Below are positions 32,141 through 43,379 of a DNA stretch of 64,000 nt, piece by piece (the stretch's first letter is position 1; the number at the start of each line of letters is the position of its first letter). Source of the DNA: Lama guanicoe (taxonomy: Eukaryota); NCBI GenBank assembly GCA_013239625.1, contig MU053934.1, positions 4,606,399 to 4,670,398 of the forward strand, written 5' to 3'. The position numbers and the translations under genes were made by a program. The notes beneath the pieces were generated by a model that worked only from the letters and a program-made list of their open reading frames with translations, was not told the origin of the DNA and did no database searches.

Positions 32141-32960
32141 GTCCTGCCACCCAGTGTGCTTGGGTTTGTGTTGACCAGGACAGTTGAGAGTTTATAGTCA
32201 CTGGCAGTTGATGAGAAAAGATAGGGGGAGACTTGTGCCCAGCCGAAGCCTGGCTGCCCAGCATGGCCATGTGCTGCCGGGCACCATCCCTGCTGGGCCT
32301 CACAAGGCAGGTGGGGGAACAGAGGTGGTGCAGGGAGGCCCCTTCACTGTGGCCAAGGCCCTCCACCTCTGACCCCAGTCCCAGAGAACCAGCTCCTCTT
32401 TGAGCCCTCTAGACCCCCAACCATCTGTGGTGAGAGCTGACAAGGTCCCTTCCTGTTGTCAATTTGAATTTTATTGGTTCTGCTAATATTCTTTATATTT
32501 GTTTGTAAATTCGCTTTGGTTTTAATGTTGGAGGCAAACATAAACACAAAAGGTTTATACCTGGCTCTGTGTCTGTGAATAGATAGGAAACACTATAATA
32601 AAAATGATTGAAGACAGCCTCAGGGTCCACGAGAACTTTCTTCTTTACGAGAGCATTCACGTGTTGTGGCTCAGGAAGGGGTAATGCTGTGGTTTGGCTT
32701 CTGGGTCTGTTTCCCTTGAAGCACGGTCATCTCTGGGTCCCCACAGGGCCAGCACCCAGTGCCAATATCAGAATTCTTTCCTGAGTGAGTGAGTGAGTGA
32801 GTGAATGAGTAAGTGAATAAATGAATGCAAGGGTAGAGGAAGGAGGAATTCATTGAGGGGGTGGGTGGCACGGGGCAGCAGGAGACTCTGGGAAGGCTGG
32901 GATTGGGGGTGCATCCTGGGCCCTGAAAGGGGAGGTTGAGGAGTAGGAGATGGGGGTGGG

Positions 32961-33618
32961 TGAGACAGGAGGGAAGCGGGCAGGGCACAGCCATTCAAGG
33001 AGTGACAGCAATTAACACCAAAATGGCAGAAGATTCAAATCCCAGTAGGTCTTGAGGATTGAGATGGCAGAGATTTGACTTCTAGTAGAACTTGAGCTTC
33101 ATTATATGCTCATGGTAACATATTAGCATGATAAATAACATATCCACAGGCTCCATGACAGTCCCAAGGCTGACCACAGAAAGTCAAAGAGTGGGCAGTG
33201 GCCAAATTCCTGGGACTCCCAGCCCTTTCCCCAGGGTAGCTGGAATAGTCCTCCCACATGTAGGCGTAAAGCTACTGAGCCCATAAAACTGGCAACACCA
33301 CGTCTCGTGGCCACCTCTCTCGCTCCCTCCTCTTTGGAGAGACTACCTGCACTCTGTCTATGGAGTGTGTACCTATTTTTACTTTAACCTGAGCACCCAA
33401 CCCCACACCTCGTGGCCTTTCTCTTGCCTTTTGAAACAGCCTACACTCTATACAGTATGTATCTCTCTAAATAAATCTACCTTTTCTCAACTGTGGCTCG
33501 CTCTTGAATTCTTTCCTGCGGGAAGCCAAGGACCCACACCTGGCGGGGCACGTCCTGGGGCTCAACGAAGACTTGGGACACGGCCCTCCTCATGCCCCAC
33601 ATCTGTTTTCCTACATCA
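32961..33618 (+). mobile_element. ERV1-like solo LTR, copy A
   Basis: TG...CA ends (tgagacagg...catca); AATAAA at 33470; homologous to two neighbouring copies. Confidence 0.8.
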
Positions 33619-34188
33619 AAAGTAGATTTATTTCAGAGACATACATTCTCCATAGACAATGCAGGCTGTCTCAGAAGGCAAGAGAAAGGCCACGAGGGGT
33701 GCGGTTGGATGTTTAATTTAAAGTAAAAGATACACATTCCATAAACACAGTGAGGGCCATCTTGGAAGGCTAGGGAGCGAGAGACCATGAGGTGTAGGGG
33801 TGGGTGTTTAGTTTAAAAGTAGATACACATTCCGTAGACAGAGTGCTGTCCGACTCACTCAGAGGAGAGAGCAGTCACGAGGTGTGGGGGTGGTTAGTTT
33901 TTATGAGCTCAATTATTTCGTATGCTAACAAGTGGGAAGATTATTCCAACTACTTTGGGGAAGGGGCTGGGATTCCCAGGAATTGGGCCATCACCCACTT
34001 TTTGACCTTTTATGGTCAGCCTCAAACTGTCATGGTGCCTGTGGGACTGCCATTTAGCAGCTAATATACGATAATGAGCAAATGAGGAAGCTCAAGGTCT
34101 ACTGGGAGGTGAATCTTCCACCATCTCGGTGCTAAGTGCTGTGTCATTCTTTTAATGGTTGTACCTTGTCCTCTTCCTTCCTGTCTCA
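33619..34188 (-). mobile_element. ERV1-like solo LTR, copy B (inverted, 3'-truncated)
   Basis: Reverse complement starts tgagacaggaaggaag and ends shortly after aataaa (33627-33632). Confidence 0.8.
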
Positions 34189-34630
34189 CCCTCTCCAGCC
34201 CCACATCACCTGGCCCAGCCACCATCACCTCTGCCCTACATCACTACTCCTTTGACAGGCTTCCCCTGCCAGTCTGGCCCTACCTGACCTATTCGGTCCA
34301 GCAGGCATTAACTCATTCACTCAGTAAACACTATCAAGAGTAGCGCTGATTAGGAACAAAGCAAAGGCCTTGCCCAGTGGGAGACAGACAACAAACAAGG
34401 AAATGGTAACTGTATCATATGACAGCAAGGGGCCACAAGTGCCAGGAGGAAAACAAAAGGAATCGGGAGAGGGGTCCTGTGATAGCTTCTCTCAGCCCTC
34501 AGGTTGGGTCCACCACTCCAGGCCCCTGGGGGATGCCTGCCGCGACCCAGCCCCGTTCCTAGAGGGTTCGGTCAGGCCTGCTGTGAGCTGGAGTCTGCAT
34601 GTAGCCTGGCAGCCCCAGTGGGTGTCCAAC

Positions 34631-35262
34631 TGAGACAGGATGGAAGGGGGCAGGGCACAGCCATTCAAGGAATGACAGCAATTTAACACCAAAGTGGTGG
34701 AAGATTCACCTCCCAGTTGGCCTTGAGGATTAAGTCTGTGGGCGTTTGACTTCTAGCAGACCTTGAGCTTCATTACATGCCCATTGTAACAGTGTGATGA
34801 ATAACATGCCCGCAGTCACCATGACAGTCCCAAGGCTAACTGCAAAAGGCCAAAGAATAGGTGGTGGCCCAATTCCTGGGAATCCCAGCCCCTTCCCCAG
34901 GGCAGTTGTAATGGTCCCACCAGTAGGGATGTGAAGCTACTGAGCCCATAAAAACTGGCAACGCCATGCCTGGCTGTCCTTTTTCGCTCCCTCCTCTTTG
35001 GAGATGGCCCGCACTCTGTCTATGGAGCGTGTACCTACTTTTACTCTAACCTGAGCACCTAATTCCCACACTTCTTTCCTTGTCTTTCTCTTGCTTTACA
35101 ATCTATGCAGTGTGTATCTCTCTAAATAAACCTACCTCTACTCAACTTGAATTCTTTCCTGGTGAAGCCAAGGACCCACACCTGGCGGGGTACATCCCAG
35201 GGGCTCCGCCGAGGCCTGGGACACGACCCTCCTCATGCCCCACTTCTGTTTTCCTGCATCCA
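34631..35262 (+). mobile_element. ERV1-like solo LTR, copy C with 4-bp TSD
   Basis: tgagacagg...catcca; CAAC at 34627-34630 and 35263-35266; AATAAA at 35125. Confidence 0.85.
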
Positions 35263-37127
35263 CAACCACCTGGTGAGAAAACTGACTTGGTGTTGCCTCG
35301 GGAAAAAGGAGCTCAGGGAGGCGACTTGCCCAAGGTTGCACAGCTGGGGAGGGGAGGGTGTACTCCTGAGAGGTAAACTACTGGGAACAAGCCGTTTTTC
35401 AGTTAGTGATCATTTTGATGGCAGCAGAGGAGTGGTGGGGCTGAGGAGGGCGCTGGGGCCACTTCAGTCCTCCCTTCAGCCTTCAGCCCCGGAGGAACCA
35501 TTTCCTGTGAGCCACTGCGAATGTAATGGAGAAGCAGCAGGGGAGGGCGGGTGCTGGATGCAATTCCAGGCTCAGCTCCATCTCTTTCCCGCTGTGTGGT
35601 GGGGGGCAGGTCACTCCCCTGACCTGGACCTCTGCTTCCTTTAGAGAGACTGATCTTGAAGACAGCTCAGGACAGCCCCCCAGGGGCCAACCCCAGGACC
35701 CAGCTGCTTTGGATGCCCTCTCCCCACTCCCCGCTGCCTGGCTCGATTGAAGATCTGCTCAGGCGGCCCTGGCACCCGCCCAGGCTCCTTCTTGCACAGA
35801 GATGACCCACAAGATAAATGGCCGGAGTGTGGGGACAGAGCTTTCAGGAGACAGCAGGCAGTGAGCTGTGTGTGTGTCCAGGCTAACAGGAAGGAGGAGT
35901 GGGAGACGGAGAAGGCAAAGCTGGGCACGGGGGTTGGTGGGGACCAGGCTGGGGGGTAGACCCCCTGTGGACAGCAGTTGCAGTGATCCCAGGGTGGTCT
36001 TGGCAACCCCCAATCTCCATCAGCCCCAAGTAGATGTGCTTGCTGTAGAGAGCAGCTTAAGACGCACCCCTTCCTCCACATCCCCCTTGTACCATCCCTC
36101 TGGGGTGGGCTGAGCATCCGTGTTTCTCAAACAGGAGAGCTGGAAATGAGCTGGTGGGCGAGGGGAAGAATGCAGCATCCTGGGGGAGTGCGTGGGCTGG
36201 GCCGCTGCTCTCGCTGTGTGGCCTGTGGAGTCAAGGCCCTCCGAGGGCCGTTTCAGCTCAGCCCCTCCACACCTGACCCCACAAGAGTGACCCCAGGCGG
36301 GAAGCGCGGGCCGCAGGGTCTTGGTGGGACTGGCAGAGGTATGGCGGTGCACGGCCATGTGCTGCCTGCCAAAGTCACCTCAGCTGGTGGCCGCTGGCTT
36401 GTTTCTGTCTTTCCCAGAGTTGGAAGGGACGGGGGTAGGGGGTGAAGGAGGACAGGCGTGGCGCCACAGGGCTGGGTGGAGTGAGGGAAGTCCCTTTGGT
36501 TTTCGGCCTCAAGCTCTTCTTCTGTCACTTGGAGCTACCTTTTCCACCTCACAGGATGGTCAGAGGCTCAGAAGTGATGGCCCTCCTGCGCAGACATAGT
36601 GCTTGGGATATCCCTGGCATCCTGGTGTTTCCAGGTCCCTGAAGTCTTCAGCCAGCTCGGGTGGGGTCTGCCTGATTCAGTCCTGGAGAATTTTTTAATT
36701 CAAAAGCGCTAAATTCCAGAAGCCTGATGATTTACCTGGCATGGGGGAGGACAATGACCCTTTTTGCCCCCGGCTCCAGCCAGCTCAGCAGGTTGGGTGC
36801 AAGCAGCAGTCCTAGCCACCGTGCGGTCTGGAAAAGGCGGGAGTGACCATCAGGGTTGTTGGTTCAGGGACCCCCCCAGGGAGCCGGAGCAGCTGGGACT
36901 CCACACCTTGCTCATGTTTCTGGAACACAACCTCTGGGCCAGCCTTACTCTGCACCCTCATGCCAGGCCATGTGGTGCTGTTGTTACCCCTGTTTGGGGG
37001 GAAACCAAGTCTCAGAGAGGTGATGCTACTCACTCAGGCCACCAGTGGAAGCAGAATAAGAACCTGATCTGACTGTCATGTTGCTGTGGTCTTGAGATTT
37101 CAGGACTTTAAGATTCATGACTTGAAA

Positions 37128-37537
37128 TGTATTGGTTACCTATTGCTGAGTAACAAACAGCCCCTAAACCTAGTGCTTCAAAGCAACCACCAATGTGGAT
37201 TTACTCACAACTCTGCAGTTTGGCAGGGCTGGACAGGGATCCTCCAGCCTCCCTCACAAGTCTGTGTTAAAGTGGGAGTGGTTTGACAGTTGAAGGTTGG
37301 GGGCGCTGGCTGGGCCTCTCCCCTCCCTCACGCCTTTAGGGCTTCTCCTTAGTGCAGTGTGGCCCCTCTCTAGCAAGGTAATCCAATTTCCTTATATGGC
37401 CTCTGGCTCCCAAGCCAGAGAAAATGGATGCTGCAAGGCCTCTTAAGGCCTAGGCCTGGACTCTTATTCTAGTAGTCAAAGCAAGTTGCACACAGCCACC
37501 CAGACTCCAGGGGAGAGAAGACAGTGGCCTGAGTTAC
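37128..37537. mobile_element. MLT1-type (ERVL-MaLR) LTR
   Basis: tgtattggttacctattgctgagtaacaaac...ctgcaaggcctcttaaggcctaggc...gtcaaagcaagt...cccagactcca. Confidence 0.7.
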
Positions 37538-38159
37538 AGGGTTGGGAGGAATTGCTGGCAGATCCACCCAAGGATCCTGGCCTTAGAGTGACTGCTGCCT
37601 GCTGACAGACTCCTGTGTGACAAGGGGTGAGAGAGTTGTTGGCCACTCAGGAGAACTTGGAGAAGGGAGGGCCCAGAAAACTCAGAGGCCCAGATGCAGT
37701 GAGATGAGAAGGCTAGGCCAGCTCTGGCCAGATCCAAGCCCTCTCTCTTCAGGCTTCTGGGTCTTTCTCTCCCCTAAGCCCAAGTGGTCCTTCTCCCTGT
37801 CCCCCAAGAAATGAGATGGCTGAGCCCCAGTGGGGAATGAGGCCAGGCCTGCTCATCCTGTTGGTGACAACACTCTGTCGGCCCTGCCTCGGCTTTCCTG
37901 GGGATGCCTCGCTGGCAGTGAACAATGCTGTGGCCTGGCCCTCCGCCTGCCCTGCCCTGCCCTGGGCCTCCCTGATGGTGAGAAACTTGATGGCTGAGGC
38001 AGAACTGCCTCAGCCCCACCCAGCCTCACAGGTTAGAGAAAATGTTGTCCCCAGATAGTGATGTTCACGGGGGTCGATGGGGAAGAGATCATGGAATCCT
38101 CCCCTCACCGCCAGCCCCCAAAGACTTCAGGAACTGCACTGTGGCCCCTGAGCACAGGC

Positions 38160-38430
38160 GCTGAATTCAGTCCTGGCTCTGCAACTCATGAGCTGTATGA
38201 TCTTGGGAAAATTACTCACCTCTCTGTGCCTCAGTTTTCTCATCTGAAAAATGGGGAGAAGAAAGGGCAAAAGTGCTCACTCTGTGCAGGTCCTTTACAT
38301 CTAGCAGCTCATTTAATTCTCCCTACGTGGGAAGAGGGGCTTGGGAGCTCTGTTATTTGTCTTACTTTACAGATGAGATGAAAGCACAGAGAGGTCAAGT
38401 AACTAGCCTGGAGTCACACAGTTAGGCTCC
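38160..38430. mobile_element. Two MIR fragments in inverted orientation (+ then -)
   Basis: ctctctgtgcctcagttttctcatctgaaaaatgggg followed by tttacagatgagatgaaagcacagagaggtcaagtaact. Confidence 0.75.
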
Positions 38431-38469
38431 ATCTACTCCCCTAGTGCCTGCTCCCCATCTCCTAATTCC

Positions 38470-39090
38470 TTCTTTTTTCATTATGGTGACATATACATAA
38501 TATAAAAGTTACCATGTGCAATTTTGGGGCATTCAGCACACTCACGTTGTTGTGCTACTGTCACCACCATGCATCTCCAGAACATTTTGCATCTTCCTAA
38601 ACTGAAACTACCCATTAAACAGTAACTCCTCATTTCCTGGCAACCACATTCTGTTTCTGTGAACTCGGCTCCTCAAGGTGCCTCCTGTAACTGGAATCAC
38701 CCAGTGATTGTCCTTTCATGACTGGCTTATTTCACTTAATATAATGCCTTCAAGTTTCACCTATGTTGTGGCATCTGTCAGAATTTCCTTTTTAAGGCTG
38801 AATAATATTCTATTGTATATTCACAATGAATGCTAATCCATTCATCTGTCAGTGGACACTTGGGTTGCTTCTACCTTTGGCTACTGTAATTAAAGAGGCT
38901 GTGAACATGGTTGCAGAACATCTGTTCAAGTTTGTGCCTTGGGGTCTAGACCCAGAAGTAACATTGCTGGATCAGCTAGTAATTTTATGTTTAATTTTTT
39001 GAGGATCCGCTGTACTGTTTTGCATAGCAGCTGCACTGTTTTACATTCCCCCAGCAAAGCACAGGGGTTCCTTATTCCTTCCTGCACCCA
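38470..39090 (-). mobile_element. L1MA/MB-like 3' end
   Basis: gactggcttatttcacttaatataatg...atccattcatctgtcagtggacacttgggttgctt...ttacattcccccagcaa. Confidence 0.85.
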
Positions 39091-40049
39091 GTTTGATGCC
39101 AAGCCCAGGGAACGCTGGCATCCCTGGTGGGTGCCCAGCAGGGCCACATAAGAAGCTGGCAGAGATTGCCCAGCAGCTCCTGAGTGAGGGGTATGTGGGG
39201 CAGGCAATCCTGGAAGGCACCAGAGAGCCTGGCCTGTCAGCAACCCAGCATCCCAAAATGACCTTTCCTGACCCTGCTCTGCCAGGCCAGGCTGCCCCAG
39301 TGCAGAGGGACTGAGAGGGCCCACATGGGGGACACTGGCAGGCTTAAGGCCTGGGACAGTCAGACCCTGGGGCAGGAGGGGCCCTGCTTAGCCAGGCCCC
39401 ACCCTGCCCTTTTGCAGGACCTCCACAATCCCCTTACTTGTCACCCTCCTTCCTAGCCTCATTATCTCCTCCCCCTTGTGGAGACAAGTCCTGAGAATTG
39501 ACTTTGTGACCTGGGCGATGCCAAGCTCCTCTGAGGAATTCCCAAGGCCAAGCCCCTCACCGTGCAAGTAACTCTTAGTGAGTCAAGGGGTGTGGCTCTT
39601 CTAGAACCCTGGCTCCTGGCTCCCACCCCGGCTCTCTCCACACCCTGCCAGGGGGCCAGCATCCTCCCAGGAAGTGTGAGGTCAGCTGGACTCATTGAAA
39701 GCCCTGGTCCCAGGCTGGGGGTAGGGGACAAACTTTCTGGAGGTGGCAGCACAGAGCCCAGAGTCTGGGACCCAGGGCCTCAGGGCCACAGGCACCGCCA
39801 TAGGCTGAAGGCCATGGTTATGGGGTCTTGTCCTAGCAGTTTCACGTGGCCCTAGGCAGGCCCAGCCTCTGTCTGAGCCTTGTCTCCTCACTAGTGTAGT
39901 GGGGGTAGGCTGGAATTCCGTAGCCTTCAAAGACCCTCCCAACTAGAAGATCCCATGACCCTAAATTTCCAGAAAGGGAAGAGAAGTCACTGAGGGGGAC
40001 TCTGAGCGGCTGGAGTTTCTGGTCCGTGACCACCTTTGAGTACTAGTAA

Positions 40050-40250
40050 CACCAGTGCTTGCTACGTTCTAAGAATTCAACATGTATAAATGCATTTAAT
40101 CCTTACAACAACAACCCTACCCAGCAGGTACAATTCTTATTCCCATTCTACTAAAGAGGAAACTGAGGCACAGAGAGGTTAAATGACTGGCCCAAAGCCA
40201 CAACGATAGCAAAGTTCAAACCCTGCCTTATTAATCCATGCCCTAACCCA
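40050..40250 (-). mobile_element. MIR SINE
   Basis: gaggaaactgaggcacagagaggttaaatgactggcccaaagccaca. Confidence 0.8.
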
Positions 40251-42589
40251 TAATCCTATACCTTAAGGTGGCTGAGGTTTTTCCCAAACCACGGCTTTAG
40301 TGAGCACCTGAGCCTTTCCAGGTGCCAAGTCCCGGGACTTCAGGTAGCACCTGGCAGGAAGTGTACAATAGAGGCTGGAAACCTGACCGCAAAGCTGGCA
40401 GCGTGAAACGGCGGGTAGGCCAGTCAGTGGGGTGGGGGGCCTTGCCTGTGTATGAGGAAGGGCAGGGGCAAGTGCCAGAGTGGCTGGGATGGAAAGATCT
40501 GGAAACCCTGTCATAGAAGGAGCCGCTAAAGAACCTGGCGGGGGAAGTGGTACAGGGACTCTCACCAAATTCCTGAGAGACTAGCATCAGTGAAGAAGCT
40601 GACCTGTTCTGAACAGTTCCAGGCAGCGGGATCTAGGATTTCTAACAGCCAAAGCTGTCCCACAATAAAGAGCTGCCGTGGGAGAGGGTGAGCGCCACAT
40701 CACGCGAGGCATGTGAGCAGAGCTGCTTGGGCCGGGCCGAGGAGATGACCTTGAGGTGTGAGGCTCAATCAAGCCACATCAGGCAGCCCCAGCAGCCTCA
40801 GGCTGTGCATGGGTGAGATGTGAGCAGCTGAGCCCCCCGGGGAGAGCTAGCCCCATCTGGGGCCTTTTTCTGCGGCTCGGCCCACAGAGCAAATTTCGTG
40901 AGTGAATTTCTCTCTTCCACCCCCACCCACCAGCCTGGCTCCAACTGGACAGCTAGGGCTCCCCGCAGCACCCCGGGGCTTACATTTTTGGTCATCAAAA
41001 GGACCGGAAAACGTGCTGACCCAAAGGACCTCCAAGACCCTAGACGACCACCTCAGGGTCCGAGGCTTTCAGGCTCAGACAAGTGAAAACAATCTGGATG
41101 TTCCGATGGTCGCCTCCCACGCCTGGGAGATGTGGCCGTGGGGCTGTGGACAAGGGCCCAGCAACTGTGAGGACGGAGCCTGATGAGCCCCAGGAGGGGA
41201 CGCTGCCTTCGGGGGCACAGGCCGTGAGTCAGCATCGCAAGCTTGTGCCCGCACCTCTGTTTAGGGTATTTCAAGACACTTTTGCCAAAGCAAGTACTGG
41301 CGGTGTGGATAAGAGCTGGGGCTGCAGGCGGGAGAGGGTGCTGGGCAGACTGGGCTCGGTCCTGCCCTCCCGATGGCAGCCCCAAGGAACGCTGTGGTGT
41401 GACTGTGGGGAGTGTCCAGCAGGCTATGTATCCTGTGTGTGAGCACATGGGGTGTGTCTGTGGGTCTTGTGTACAAGGCTTTGTGTGTACGTGTGTGTAT
41501 GAGAGAGTGTGTGTGTGTGTGTGACACTAGGATGAGGAGTCTCCCCATGGGTGCACCCGCATGTGCCAACATACGCACGCAGGTGTGGGTGCGTGCTTCT
41601 CTCTGCTGGCGTGACCACCGGTGTGATCATGTCACCCCACGATCCTTTCGGGATCCAGCCCCTCCTGGCTGGCATCTGCTGCAGTGGGTGTCACTTGTTG
41701 AGCTGGTGACTCAGTCCAGCTCTCAGCATCCATGGTGTCTTTGGAGCTTGTGGGGGTCCTCGGGCTGAATCACTCCCTCCGCATCCCCCACACAATTTTT
41801 GGCTGTGACTAGTCCATTTCCTGTCCATCCTCAGCCTGGAGGCCCTTTTCCCCACTTTTGCTAATTGCCCCAACCTTCGAGGCCTGGCTGAGATGCTGCC
41901 TTCATCTTCCCAACCCCATAGAGGGCCCACGTGGTTACCTCCTGCTGTTTTTCTGTCTTGTTCCCTGCGCCTCACTGGCCCAGGTTCTTCTGGGGGCGAG
42001 GTTGAGTCTGGTTCACCCTGCTACAGCCTGGAGCCCAGGGCCTGGCATACAGTCGGTATTCAATTGATAAATAGATATAATCTCGCCCCACCACATGCTC
42101 TCAGACGCTGTCGATGAGAGGAATGGGAGGGGACCTGGCCTCGCGTGGCTGGAGCTCTGGCCCTGGAGCCCGAGTCCTGGCTCTGCCCTCAGCTATCAGG
42201 TGGGCTCCGTGAATCAGTTTGCTCACCTGGGAATCTGACAGGTGAGGCTCACGGGGGCTCTGGGGAAGGCAGAGTCGGTGGAGAAGGGGCAGGCTCCCAA
42301 GTTTCCAGGAGAGGTTGCCAGGGCCCAGCTAAGTGTGAAGTTCATGGTACAAAAGGCGACTGGCTTCTGGGGTCACATACATTTGCAACCACACAGCAGC
42401 CCTGGCCCTGATGGGATGACTCTTCCAGTCCAAAGGTCTTCCCTCACCTGGAAGGCTGGCACTTCTCTCTCCAGGCCCCCATCAGCCCTCAAGCCCCACA
42501 CAGAAGACACTTATGGATGAGGGATGTCCCCCAAACACACTAACGGGGGCCAACACATGGAGTCGTGGAGACTTCCTTTCTATGTAACG

Positions 42590-43100
42590 TTGTGCACTGA
42601 GCAGCTGCTATGTGCCAGGTTTGTGGGTGTTGGGGCTTAGGAAAGACCAAGATTCCTTCCCTGGTGGGGGTTATGCTCTAGTGGAGGAGATAAGCGAAAG
42701 AACAAGAAACAGAAAATTACCTACCTAGTATGCTCGAGGGTGAAAAGTGCTAAGAAAGAAAGGAGAGCAGGCAGAGGGATCAGGAAACGTGCACCTAAGT
42801 GGGGTGGCTGGGGAGGCCCACGTGGTACCTGGGGGAAGAACATTCCAGACGAGGGAACAGCCAGCCTGAAGGAGGTAGTTGAGCTCTGGGAGCACAAAGA
42901 GGGATGGGGCAGGGAGGCAGCAGGCCAGGCCTTGTGGTTCCTGAAGGACTCTGGTCTCACTCTGGGTGATGGGAGCCACAGCAAGATTTGAGCACAGGAG
43001 GGAGGGGATCTGACTTGTGCTTTCCAGAATCACGCTGACTGCTCTACGGGGCAGGAGCAGAAGTGCCAGTGGAAAAGCTATGGCAAGTCTGCAGGTGAGA
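42590..43100 (-). mobile_element. LINE-2 remnant (continues past the L1 insertion)
   Basis: ctgagcagctgctatgtgccagg...ggggaagaacattccagacgagggaacagcc...tttgagcacagg. Confidence 0.7.
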
Positions 43101-43379
43101 CAGACATTGAAAACAAACTTATGGTTACCAAAGGAGAAAAAGGTTGGGGGGGAGGGATAAATTAGGAGTTTGGGATTAACACATACACACTACTATGTAT
43201 AAAACAGATCAACAACAAGGGCCTACTGTATACCACAGGGAACTGTATTCAATATCTTGTAATAACCTATAATGGAAAAGAATCTGAAAAAGAATATATA
43301 TGTGTATAATTGAATGACTTTGCTTTTTACCCGAAACTAACACAGCATTGTAAACCAGCTATACTTCAATAAAAAAATA
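43101..43379 (+). mobile_element. 5'-truncated L1 3' end with 16-bp TSD
   Basis: gaaaacaaacttatggttaccaaagg...ctatacttcaataaaaaaa; TSD aag(tc/aa)tgcaggtgaga at 43085-43100 and 43380-43395. Confidence 0.85.

Noticed and set aside
32961..35262. LTR A and C as the two ends of one provirus
   Set aside because: C has its own TSD and no gag/pol or primer-binding sequence is visible between them
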